Shown here: piece by piece, positions 1-11,586 of the stretch
Layout of the letters: each line of letters begins with the position of its first letter
How positions within the stretch are numbered: position 1 is the first letter of the stretch
Assembly: GCA_051362555.1 (NCBI GenBank)
Contig: CM120641.1
Location: 40,988,401-41,052,400, forward strand
Direction of reading: 5' to 3'
Source of the DNA: Lingula anatina
Lineage: Eukaryota; Animalia; Brachiopoda
DNA length: 64,000 bases
Translations under genes and position numbers: made by a program
Notes under the pieces: model-generated
Told to the model about the DNA's origin: nothing
Database searches by the model: none
Seen by the model: only the letters and a program-made list of their open reading frames with translations

Positions 1-2023
1 GGTTATGCATGTATTTTTTTTAGCAACAGGAATTAAGGTCAAGAAATTAAGCTACAAAACCTAGTTAACAAGTATTTTAATTTTTTCATGGAGATGAATA
101 ACGGACATGTCTGGTTTTTTATAGACTTATATAATCTTATTTTTGATTTTTTAAAACTAACATTTTAGCAGAACATTTCGATTTATAATGGATAAACATT
201 TAATTTTTAAATACCGTATCATGGAGCATAAAATGTTTCTTTACACCTTTTAATTTATTTGTCAACAAATATTTGATAAAAAGTTATTTCAAAATAAAAG
301 CTATTGGAAATGCCAAGTCAGATAAAAATACAAATCAGGATCCCTTTGGAATCTTCTGGTATTCAAATCAAATTCAGTCCTTTGGTTCTAAACTGTTTAT
401 AAAAAACTCTGTTCTGGCCTTGCACCTGTAAATGTCCATCATAACGTGTTCAAACATGTTCCCCAAACGTGTCCTTAGCTGACTCTGTTATGGTCTCTGT
501 TATGAGGTTTAAACTTCTAGAGGCTACCAAAAACGTATGTAAACTGAATGTTAGAAAGAAATGCATTTAAATTATTTAAATTCGTATTATATTTGCTGTA
601 ATATTTTATGTCTCCTTGATCTAAGCTGATGTAAGAAAAAAGAATGGAACAAACTCAAGTGTGATGTTTGAAATTTGGCCGATGATGGCCACTTTTATTG
701 GAAGTCCCATTAATAAAAAGAAATAAAGCATATTAATAATAAACATTGAATAATGTTGATAGATGATATAAATATTATGTGTGCGCCAGAAGTATCTACA
801 TTTAAATTATAATTCCAAACAAATAGTGCACACATTTCAAATTGTGGGGTTGCAAAGAGGCAAAACACATCAAAATTGAAAATGGCGAACGTAAAGTTAT
901 TCTGACAATTGTATACACTATAGAGAACTTTGCATAAAGCAGACTGAAGGTTTTCCTTGACCTCCGCGAGCCCAAGGTTATGGCCTCTCTTCGTGGGTGA
1001 TTGTGTGTGTGGGGTGGGGTGGGGGTGGGGAGGGGTCCTCACTCACTCCCATGATGGTGCGTTATTTATCCCGTTCTAAGTTTGTATAAGCTCTTATTTT
1101 CATATGGATTTTTTTATTCCCGTGAGTTTTACATATGAATTTCCGAAAGGTTCACTGGACCGTCACGAACTTAAGTGATTCAGAGATTAAATCAGAACTT
1201 AGCCACTTCTATAGGCACAGTATAATGAATTGGTATTGCATACGCTTTATACTTCTTCTAAAAATACTGCAATTTATTTAAAGAACTCTCTGTGAAAGTC
1301 TAGTTACTTCATTCTTTTACGTATTTTGTCCTGGGATATTTTTTCAGTTTTCAGGACTTAGGTATGGGCACTATAAAACTGCCAAAATGTGGTCGTTTTG
1401 TCCAAGTAGTAGAATTGAATCATATTATCTACAAATCAGAGGGTCTAGTTTATCAATAAACGCACAATTCGCAATTAAAACCCCTTTGCCTGTTTGCCTG
1501 CCTTTAAACTAAGACACAACTGACCATAATGTGTGTTTGATTGACGGGGCAGGTTTAGCGCATACCTAGTTGGTATTTATACCAAGGCTTTCAAAAACTG
1601 TATTTATGTAGCCAAATGTTCACAAGCACAACGAAGCTCTGTTTTGCTCCAGAGTTATTAAGATAAGTCCATATGACTAAAAATTGTCCTTTATTAATGA
1701 CGAAAACTAATAAGTTACAAAACTGGGGAGATAATATAACATCCCCCAAATTATACAAGTGCCATAATATAAAAATAATAAAATATGTTAATGTTTTACA
1801 CAATTCAGCTACCAATATGCTTCCAAAAGGCATGGGGAAGAAGATTAAAGAGCAGTTAAGTAGGGGGAGGGGGGAAAAGATGGGGGGGGGGGGGAACAGG
1901 AGGCTAAACTGACGTACGCCGTCAGTACTTCATCACTAGTGTGTGACGCAAATGTAAGGCCATTGAATGGTTGCAATGGAAAGGCGCAAGTCTACCAAGT
2001 ACGAGGCACGCACTCACCACTTA

Positions 2024-2093
2024 AGCCTAGTTTAATTAGCCACGGGCGCTGTGCGATGAATTTCGTGCGCCCGTGACAAATGTAATCTAGGCT
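2024..2093. mobile_element. Small palindromic MITE-like element
   Basis: agcctagttta...gccacgggcgc pairs with gcgcccgtgac...aatctaggct as imperfect inverted arms; TTA/TA context; abuts the next element. Confidence 0.5.
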
Positions 2094-2095
2094 TA

Positions 2096-2997
2096 AGCCT
2101 CGGTCACAACCGGCTGTACGGGCTCTTACAGGCTGTTTGCGTCCACCTTTTACGCAGAATCTCACGACCCACGTAGGTCCTTCTTACGAAAATTCGAGTT
2201 CGCAGACATCCCGTAAGCACGTACGGAGGATGTTGGGAATGTCCAAAAGATTCTACGAATAGCCTGTAAACAGCAAGACCGTTGCTCCCCTCGCTTTGAG
2301 TTAGCAAGTGAGACGTGCGTTGTGCAAAACGCACGTCGCAAGCAATGAAGGAGCAAGTGCCCTTTTCTTGTTAAGTGAGGCGCACGCCCTCACAACTAAC
2401 AACAAAGTCGAGAGCACACCGGGGATGCGTCGCACGTGCGTCACCCCACGCCTGGTGGTTGAAAGGCGTGCTCACGACGCAAGCTTGTGTCTTTACAATG
2501 AACGTCGACTTTGTAACGTGTACAACTATTTTCAAAGTTTTGAAATTTTTACTCAGTTTAGTTTCTAATATGCCTCCAAAAGGCAATAGAAAGAAGCTTA
2601 GATAGCAGAAAAAAGGGAGGAGGAAAAAGAAAGAATGGGATAACATGAAGCAAAACGGACCTACGCCGTCAGTACGTCATCAGAGACGTATGAGGCAAGT
2701 GTGAAGCAAAACTGACGTAAAAGGGCACTACTTTCGCCGTGCGTTGCATCCCCATCGTAAACGGTGAGTGTGTGCCACGTTTGCAGCAATCAAGACGAAC
2801 TCAAGAAATGAGTACAATTTCCACGGTCATCGCTCCTTGCAATTAGCGTCACTGCTTGAAAGGACAACTCAAGTGGCCCTTGCGACTCGCAAGGCAGACT
2901 TTCCTCTACCTCTACGAACCCCACGACCTCCACTGCACCCCAAATTCGTAGGGGACGTACGGTCCTAAAATCCGTGTGTCCGGTTGTGACCGAGGCT
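2096..2997. mobile_element. Non-autonomous PIF/Harbinger-like DNA transposon (902 bp)
   Basis: Perfect 18-bp TIR agcctcggtcacaaccgg / ccggttgtgaccgaggct with TTA on both sides (2093-2095, 2998-3000). No transposase ORF. A 3-bp TWA TSD is typical of PIF/Harbinger. Confidence 0.8.
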
Positions 2998-3724
2998 TTA
3001 AGTGGCAACTGAGTACGCAGGTAGCAAGACAAACTCAAGAAATGAGCACAATTTCTAAGGCAAGGCAATCGAGTTTTAAAGTTTTAACTCTTGTGAAAAG
3101 ATTAATCACTCACTATGCTGATCTTTTCATACCATCTCATTTTTTTTTTTCTCTACCAGTACTACAAATTTTCTGTACATGGCATTGGCAATGTTAATAT
3201 TTTAATTTTTTCCTTTTTTGTTTTATTTACTTATTATTATTATTATTATTATTTTTGATTCTCTAAAGATTCATCAGTTAACCTTTGTTATTGGTCTTTA
3301 TTCTCTCTACATATTTTGCCGTTCTATGCTTTTTGTTCGTACCATTTTTTATCCAATCATATGTGATATACATGTTACATGCAAAGAAATGACTTAATTA
3401 GATGTATTAAACCCATGATTTAAAAATTTATGTTGTACTATATGATATCTGTTACACCCCTGACATAGGGGACCCAAGACAAGAATAGAATTAATAAATT
3501 ATATTTTGGCAAAGTTCATTATGAACAAAAACTGATTGCTGTAACTAATGAGAGTCAGTTTATTTCATTTATGTATAATACCATTGAGATAAGTCGTAAT
3601 TTGCTTCCTGGGATGTTACACTGCTGATACATTTTTACCACTTCCTTTGGTCTGTTTGTTCATTTGCTACAAAGAAATCCTTCAGAACACACACAGCATA
3701 AAAACTAAGGCTTCATTCACATTA

Positions 3725-3992
3725 GGCTTCGTTCACATGCAATGTCTATTTTCTAAATTCTATTTCCTACATGTATTCGCGCTATCTTATGATCACGGTC
3801 TGTGCCCTGAATATCCCGCCGCGTAATTACTGGCAGCGCGAGCCAGTTACTTATAGTAACTTATAGTAACTGGCTCGCGCTGCCAGTAATTACGCCGCGG
3901 GATATAATATTCAGGGCACAGATCGTGATCATAAGACATACCGCGAATAGAAAATAGAATTTAGAAAATAGACATTGCATGCGAATGAAGCC
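3725..3992. mobile_element. Fold-back MITE (Tourist/Harbinger-like), palindromic over its whole length
   Basis: ggcttcgttcacatgcaatgtctattttctaaattctattt... mirrors ...aaatagaatttagaaaatagacattgcatgcgaatgaagcc. TTA on both sides. An extra TIR copy lies at about 3708-3721. Confidence 0.8.
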
Positions 3993-4199
3993 TTAGTAAA
4001 TCTTGCCAATTAACAGCAAGATCAACACTGAACATCATGCATGGTATATACTTGGACATAATAACGAATATTATGTCCAAGGTACATAAAAATATGATCT
4101 TCCTGTATAAATGAAAGATTGAGATTATTTGAGACTCAAAAGTATTATGTACACTCATGACATTTAAGTATATATATGTTCATATACTTATATACAATC

Positions 4200-4201
<2 letters not shown>

Positions 4202-4253
<52 letters not shown>
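4202..4253. repeat. (TA)n microsatellite
   Basis: Direct reading. Other (TA)n runs at about 22423-22500, 29856-29925 and 55827-55865. Confidence 0.95.
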
Positions 4254-4258
<5 letters not shown>

Positions 4259-4373
4259 GATACATGTAAATTGAATTTTGTGTGAATACGTGTATTCACA
4301 TAAATTTTGAAAATTCGTAATAGTTATACTGCTTCGTAGCATTTTACAAATGCTTATTTTATTTTGCTTTTAG

Positions 4374-4766
4374 CTTGACTCAGAAAAGAAGGCAAAGCTG
4401 GCAGACTTTGGGCTATGTAAGCCATTGGCTATGAGCAACCAGACTATTTGCGGCACACCGCTGTTCCTAGCGCCCGAGATACTTGACAAGGAAGGCTCGT
4501 ACGACCCATCGGTAGATGTTTATTCCTTTGGTATACTCCTGTGGTTCTTGTGTGATGGTAGAGGTAAAAACCCCTTAAATGTGGTATGGCTGGCTCTCTT
4601 TGGGCTTTGTGGCTTTTGTAGACTTGGTGAACGACCCGAAAGGCGTCCTAACTTCAGTGATGAATGTTGGCAACTTATGACGACTTGCTGGGACAGTGAC
4701 CCCAAAAAGAGGCCAAGTTTTGATGACATCATTTCTAAGCTAAAAGCTATCATTGCGAATTTGTAA
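4374..4766 (+). CDS. Last coding exon of a DSTYK (Dusty/RIPK5)-like protein kinase; upstream exons apparently outside the window
   Basis: Acceptor ttttag|CTT. Translates LDSEKKAKLADFGLCKPLAMSNQTICGTPLFLAPE...DPSVDVYSFGILLWFLCDG...GERPERRPNFSDECWQLMTTCWDSDPKKRP. DFG, APE and DVYSFG are intact, and it resembles recalled DSTYK sequence (KITDLGFCKPEAMM...GARPERLPVFDEECWQLM). Confidence 0.85.
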   Translation, partial: LDSEKKAKLADFGLCKPLAMSNQTICGTPLFLAPEILDKEGSYDPSVDVYSFGILLWFLCDGRGKNPLNVVWLALFGLCGFCRLGERPERRPNFSDECWQLMTTCWDSDPKKRPSFDDIISKLKAIIANL

Positions 4767-6719
4767 ATGGCAGTCTATTCTATAATTTTTTTCACATGCC
4801 ATAGATAACAAATAGACACAGTTTATTCTTATAAGTAGGGGATGGAAACATTTTGTCTGAAAGAAAAACAAGATCCGTGGTTAATTGAAAAAGACCATTT
4901 TAGAACCTGTTGCTTAAAAAGAACATCAAAATTCAAGAACGCATACGACGATAAGAATGATGACATATGGCAAAAATGTTTTATATGACGAAAGAAGTTT
5001 AAAATGACTAGAAGAAGCACTAGTTTTGATACAGGTATCTATAGGAATGCAAAATGTAAAAACTGACACTCGGTATTCGGGTAAACTATTAAAGATACAA
5101 TTAAAATTTTCATTAAGGTAGCATTTTGTTCCAATAATTTAGACTTAGAAAGTGTCTTTAAAGCAGTATATTGTTTGTTGCGAGCCTCTCTAGGGAAAAG
5201 GACTGATAACTGAATATACATGTTTATTTTTAAAAATCATATTTGTGATTTTGTAATATTTTTAAACCGATCTTTATCAATAACTAAACTTTTACAATAA
5301 AGCGAATTGGTTAGATCTTGCTTGGTGAAGAGAGAAATGAAACTATTTAAAAGAATCTTAAAGATGAATAATGTCTTTTTATATTCATTTTATATTCAAG
5401 AGGAAGGAGGATAGAACATGCATACATATACATCAGGTGATCACAACATGTAGTGGCATCTGAAAGCAACACCTTAAGATTGTCATGCACGTCGTGGTAT
5501 GACGGGTCCTAGAAACTACATTTTATTGTTGCAACTTCGAACAGATTTAGGTTAACTATTACAATATGTACAATAACACACAACAAACTCCATGTCAGTA
5601 GTCAGTAAAGTGGCATCCCACGCCATGCTTAATCAAATATTTAAAAGAGCAACCTCTAAACTAGGTACGTAGTTGCCGATAAGTAAATCGTTACAAAATA
5701 CTTAACAATTACAAAATTAAAAATTATTTCCCTTTCAAATTTATGATAATTCAAAATAGAAGATTATTAGGTTGCTCAATTTGGTAACTTCTCAGATATA
5801 ATTGTAAATGGTGATAACCCTTTACTACATTGTATAAATGATCATTAGTGAATATTGCATAGTTTATGTATACTTGGTATTACAAACCTGTAAACAAGTT
5901 AAGAGGTTGCATTTCAACGGTAATAATTTTTTTATTAGTAACTGATCTATTAAACCACATGCTGGGCATCGAGTTTGATAAAAGCAAAATACATGTATGT
6001 ATATCAAAAAAAGGGTATATGGGTTATTTCACACACTAGCTTTTTTATTCTTGAGTAAGTTTTATAATGATTAAAAATATAAGCAACTAGAAAAAATCCA
6101 GTATACTAGTACAGCTGCCAGGGTATTCCTTGGGATACACAGATTTACTCCTCTTCTTGCCATAGAAGGAGATATAGGGTGGATGAGAACAAAATATGAA
6201 AGATGGTTGCACCTTGTAGAACTGTGGAACAGGCTGGTTAACATGGGACGATAAGATCACAAAACAATTTTCCTTAGAGATTACGATTTGGCAAAAGAGG
6301 GAAACATTAAATGGTGTGCCCACCTTTCTCATTCTTAAGCTGCCTGTGAAATGGACCATTTGTTTAATAAATTAGTTACTTGTGATATTGGTCTTATACA
6401 TTATTTAAGATTCAAGAAACAGTTTGGAAGGAAGGCTTGCTAAAAAAAAAGGCCAAATTAAGGGTTTACAAGAAATTTAAAGAACATTAAACAGCAGAAA
6501 ATGGCATCAGATATAATTAGAAGCAGAGCAGAAAGGTCAATCACTGCTCAGTTTAGAAATGGAGTACTACCATTACATGCCATGTTGAAACAGGTCGATT
6601 TGTAAACAAAACGCTGGTGGATAGACTTTGTATGCTTCGTAATGAACAAAAAGTAGAAGAAAATAAGTATTATTTTATTTCTCGCTTTATGCAAATATCA
6701 GGCAAAAATGGTATGAAAG

Positions 6720-7182
6720 GGAAAATGAGCGATTGTACCTTTCGTGTTCTGGGGCGAGGCGGTGGAAGAGAGACCTCGGATACATCTTCAAAGACTTTCA
6801 CAGAAAAAAAAATCGAGCTCGAGGTTTCACTTTAACTGCCTCCTGGCCAGAAAGAAGCTATGGAATAAGTAAAGGTAACGCTAGTGACTTACTAAGCCCA
6901 CAGGGCTGGACCCGTACGATCCAAACGCATGGTACATTTATCTGGCATTATTTCCCGAGGGATCGCTGTCCTCATATCGTCACTTTTTGAACAGTGCTCA
7001 TATTCAGTGGTCCTTGCAACTTGAGAAACCACAATAAGATTCCAACGAGAAAAATGTCAAAGAATTCCTTTTGTAAGAAATGTAATTTCCCATGATTGCC
7101 ATCTACCTTGATTCTCGTACTGTTCAGCACAAACGTGAAATGGTGGCCCAAGTCGAGTGTCACCAAGTGGATCCGAAATGCA
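6720..7182 (-). pseudogene. Decayed copy of the last exon of the GTPase-pseudokinase gene
   Basis: tgattctcgtactgttcagcacaaacgtgaaatggtggcccaagtcg is shared with 11885-11931. Indels and frameshifts; acceptor deleted. Followed by a copy of intron 3 (7190-7545, similar to 12745-13110). Confidence 0.85.
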
Positions 7183-7548
7183 TAAAAAAGAATCAGTAAA
7201 AAATAATGGCAATTGTGTATGGGAATTGTAATGTCTCCTTAAAGATTAAAATATTTACTCAAAGGAAAATGGCCAATACAAACTATTCGAAAAAAAGGAC
7301 TAGCACAGTACCGAAATGCGTGTACATGTAAGAGCAATATCAGCAACAGCACGGACAACACACATCCTGACCCCTATAACCTGATGGGGTATAATTTTAC
7401 ATGTTATCTATGTAAACAAATATCACTGGAAGACGGTCGAAGACGTTAAGTTATTTACACAGTAACAATCAAAATCAAAGAGTCCATAAACATGGTTTAA
7501 TATTTGACAGCTTTTGTTCCACGATTATCAGGTTATCCAAAGACTACG

Positions 7549-7685
7549 GGGGGAGGTTTTTGTTACCGTTAGTCGGTTTGTTTGTGGAGAGCATGACGTT
7601 AAACGGATATTGATAAATCTCAGGATAGGTCACAAATGACCCAAGAAAAAAATTATTATATTTTGGTGATAATCCAGTAATAAAT
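7549..7685 (-). mobile_element. Degenerate copy of the HINE-like element at 20715-20965, opposite orientation
   Basis: ggaggttttt-gttacc...tttgtttgt...gatattgataaatctcagga...ccaagaaaaa...tggtgat aligns by eye to the reverse complement of 20780-20955. Confidence 0.55.
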
Positions 7686-7699
7686 TAATTCGTCTTTTA

Positions 7700-8370
7700 T
7701 AGACGTGGCGAACGACCCGAAAGACGCCCTAACATTAATGATAAATGTTGGCATCTAATGACGAATTGCTCGGACAGATACCCTAAAAAGATGCTAATTT
7801 GATGAAATCATTTCTAAGCTTGCGGGTAACATTTTAAATTTGTAAAACCCCTTTTATACTGGACGGCGTCCTTTTTGCGTCATTTGTGCGACCATGAAAC
7901 TGGCATCGTTGTGGGCGTAAAAAAGGCGGCACAAGCATAGCTTTTGTTGCAAAATGAATGCTCATTGATCGGCCTGTTGTCGTCTCGTAAACTATTTTTT
8001 CTTCAAAACAGGACCGTACAACGGGACGCAAGAAGAACGACGTCCAATGTAAAGGAGGCTTAAACGGTAGCCTTATCGATGATTTTTTTCACATGCAAGG
8101 AGTCCATTATTTGATTGAAATACACCATTTAAGCACAAGTCGGTCACAAAAAATTCTAGAGCACATACGGACGATGACAATGGCGGAATGTGGCAAATAA
8201 TGTTTTACATGACAAAAGTTTTTGAAATGACAGATAGAAAAAACTGGTTTTGATACGTTTGTAAGGAATGCAAAAAGTGAAACTGACACTCGGTATTTGG
8301 GTAAACCATTTTTCATCAAGAAAGCATTTTGTTTCAATAAGTTGCACTACTATTGGATATATGTCCTGAG
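7700..8370 (+). pseudogene. Decayed copy of the 3' end and 3' UTR of the + strand DSTYK-like kinase
   Basis: gaacgacccgaaagacgccctaac...tgttggcatctaatgacg (RGERPERRPNINDKCWHLMT, then a frameshift) matches 4619-4766. 8063-8370 matches 4767-5150 (aaactgacactcggtatt). Confidence 0.85.
7846..8060. mobile_element. Harbinger-like MITE inserted at the TAA stop of the kinase pseudocopy
   Basis: Imperfect TIRs aaccccttttatactggacg / cgtccaatgtaaaggaggct with TAA on both sides. The empty site ttgTAAatggcag is visible in the paralogue at 4761-4773. Confidence 0.8.
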
Positions 8371-8759
8371 CAATTTTAAAATACTCGGGCATATGCATGC
8401 GCAGATCTAGGATTTCTGAAAGGTGGGGTCCAGAGGTGTTCAAGGGGGTGGGAGCATACACGGCAGTTGGATTAAAACATCAATAAAATAATTAAATATT
8501 AGGTTTAAAAAAGAAGTTGTGAAAGTATACATTACTGAATACTCCAATTGTTTTTATCAAGTCGCGCGTACTCTGAAAAGACCGATTATAATTATTACTA
8601 TCTAAAATGCAAGAAGGGATAATATTTAGTACTATTTTTGTGTGGATACAAATGACCCATGAAGTGGTAAATATCGCTAAGTCGCCTCAGGGTCCTTATT
8701 TTTTCACCAATGAAATCGCCTTCCTTCACGATTTAGAGTTGATCCCATGATGTGGTAAT

Positions 8760-8826
8760 TTTTTTTAACAACATTTATTCAAAATAGATGGAGGCAAGGC
8801 GCTGGAAGCATTATATGCTCTCCACA
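8760..8826 (-). mobile_element. Short A-tailed retroposed element (LINE 3' end or mini-SINE) with 10-bp TSD
   Basis: Flanked by atgtggtaat at 8750-8759 and 8827-8836. On the minus strand it has a hairpin, AATAAA and an A-tail. A second copy lies at about 30305-30391 on +. Confidence 0.7.
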
Positions 8827-9203
8827 ATGTGGTAATATACTATGAAGTATCTTAACATACGTAGTTATCAGTAACTAAATCCTACAAAATATTTTACATT
8901 TATTTTTTTTTCTTTTGATTAGTAAAAAATGAAGAGATTATAGACTCATTAAATGTGATAACATATTATTGATTCTGTTTTCATTCTTATTGTTCTTTCA
9001 TTTTGACTTGTGCATCTTGAGTTAAGAGAGATGTATTTAAATTCCTACCACATGCGAATTACATTACACAAAGTGTACAAGGTTATAAAAATTTATCAAC
9101 TAGTACAGGAATAATTGAATTGAATCGAAATTTCATACTTTAAAATATCCATCGTTAGCATTTAATTATGTTATTTGGAATCATGAAATAAGACAAACAT
9201 TAA

Positions 9204-9532
9204 AGGGATAATAACTCTTCGTTTCGGCCAAAAAATGAATTTTCCTGGAGTAAACAACAATTTTTCCATACTTACCAATGGTTAGTAAATCCATTTTTAC
9301 ATTCAAAGTTAGTCCCTGTTTTTTTTCTAAAAAGTTTGGTTTTTTGTTAAAATCTCTTAAGAGATTATAACAGAGTATAGCCATCAATGGAGGTCACGTG
9401 GTCTAAAGACAAGCTCAGATATCAGAATAATAGCTATAACTGCCGTTTTTGTGGAATATATTATATTTCTATGAGTTATTCACAATGTTTTTATTGGGAA
9501 ATATAGATCTCGTACGAAGAGTTATTATCCCT
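9204..9532. mobile_element. Non-autonomous TTAA-specific DNA transposon (Kolobok-like)
   Basis: Perfect 19-bp TIR agggataataactcttcgt / acgaagagttattatccct with TTAA on both sides. Purine (AG) termini fit Kolobok better than piggyBac (CCC). Confidence 0.75.
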
Positions 9533-9839
9533 TTAATTGTGTACCAGCAGATTATTTTTTCTTGAAAACTTAATTTCGTAATTTAAGCAGCATATTATTC
9601 ACTGCAAAAAAATAAAATTAAAAAAAAAACAATAATAATAATAAAATTGAGTGCAGTTCTTTTACTTCAAAAAGAAAGTGGGGTGAGTACCAATGAAAAT
9701 ATTACAATGACAAAGATACTTTACGCCTTGAGTTAACTCAATAGAGTTATGAAATATGCATCTGATAACCATCTCAAATTATAATGGAAAAAATTGGTCT
9801 AAAAAAACTGATACAAACAACTGGTTTCAGTAAATAAAT

Positions 9840-11410
9840 AAAAAAACAGGACTAGAAACAACACCGAAATGTGTAAAACAACGACATCAGTAATATCATG
9901 AACAAAATGCGTCTTAAAAAGATGACAATACTCAGTAAGACATTCAAAATTCCACAAGAAAAACAAGTAAAAAGACATAGAAATGCTATAAATTCTAATT
10001 TTACCACCAAAACGTCACTTATTCTGAAATCTGTGCTAACCATCGGACCATATTGACCTTCACAGATGGCTACTCCCGTAATTATCTCTTAAGAAATTAT
10101 TATGAAAAAAGCTTACTTATAAAAACATGGATTAATTTTGAATGTCGTGACGGATTCATTAAACATTGGTTAGTATGGAAAAATCGTCGCCCTCCATCGA
10201 TAATTGTAGCACAGTTATTATCCCTTCAACCTCTTTAACCTGATGAAGTACAATTTTACATATTATCTATGTGAACAAATATCACTCGAAGACAGCTGTC
10301 TGAATCAATAGGTTATGTACACAGTAGCGATCAAGATTAGAAACGACCCATTAACCTGGTGAAGTATTTGGCAGTGTGTATTCAACCATTATCACATTAT
10401 ACAAAGACTAATTCATCCATTTACTTTATTGATTAATTTACTTTATTTAAATGAAATTAGTTTTTTAACGCACAATTTTACCTAAACATTCCTACAACAG
10501 GAAATGTTCAGAAATATAGGTTTAATAAATATAATATCATTAAGAAGAGCATTCAGAATGTAAAGAAGGATTTTTATCTTGATATACTCAGGTTTTAGAT
10601 CACTATGAATGTACCGTCTTTCCAAAATCATATTTTCATGTCTAAATTTACGGAAAAGCTACTTATCTTTTCCAATTCCAGACCTTTAAACAATAAAAAT
10701 CTTTAAATGAAATTACCCGATGTGAGTATTTCTTTCTGAAATCTAAGGTAGATGGATACCGGTGTAAAGGAAGCATGTTCTTTTAGAACTAAGTCGTTTA
10801 ATTGGAAATGGTACGGAAACGGGTCGAGCTGGATTCGATAGAAATCAAATTAGGTGAGGAATATCCGGTAAAAATACCTTTATCACGTTTTTAAAACTGA
10901 AAATCCGCCTCTAAATTACCCAAGGCCTACATGTATATCTGTCATTCCCATTTATAATACACAGCACAATCGAGTTGCATTTCTCGTTTAAAAATCGGCT
11001 CACAGCACCATGGGTCCGTATCCAGTGGTATACTAAGCAAAATCCTTCGGCTAAAATCGTTTGCAAAGTCAGTACCCACGATGTTCTTTTCTACGTCTCA
11101 CTTTTCGCTCAAGGTTATATGTTCACGCAGAGATTTTTTACTGAACTTATGCAATGTTCGATATTTCTCGCCATCGAGCGATAAAGCTGCTAATGAACCA
11201 CTAGCGCCCTCGACATGGAATTACTTCATGTTTTCCATATGTCACCACTGTTATGTTCCCTGCACACCGTGTCTTATCAGTTGGTAGTTCCCTTGCCTTC
11301 TTACATAGATATAGAAGTGAATTTATATATAACTTTAGTGCATTTCTTGTTTTTTAAGTTGTCTACTGAGGAAAAAGAAAGACGCCTGATTCAATTTATC
11401 CATTTGATTT
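9840..11410 (-). pseudogene. Internally deleted, decayed copy of the GTPase-pseudokinase gene (intron 3, exon 3 stub, intron 1, exon 1)
   Basis: 10574-10614 matches 13321-13361 (HSDLKPE codons). 10615-10920 matches 15645-15985. 10920-11400 matches GTPase exon 15985-16470 with frameshifts. 9840-10460 resembles 12850-13200. Confidence 0.85.
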
Positions 11411-11586
11411 CCCTGATGATCATGAAACCGCCCCAATATAAAATGTTCTTTATCTACATACGCATATAAAAGTAACTGACGCCGGATACTCACAAGACAC
11501 TGTTCATCCCACTTATAAATAAATACTGCATCATGTAATTGTTATCATTTATGGCCGTGATTATGCTCAGGCGTACGTATGCTTAT

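Noticed and set aside
1-4373. Upstream exons of the + strand kinase and short ORFs at 710-3197
   Set aside because: No HRD, VAIK or G-loop-coding exon was found. The ORFs are low-complexity or overlap non-coding MITEs.
6835-6915. About 80-bp insertion in the relic exon containing gtaagt...ccatag (possible gained intron)
   Set aside because: The GT-AG span is only about 35 nt, does not match the insertion ends, and lies in a frameshifted relic.
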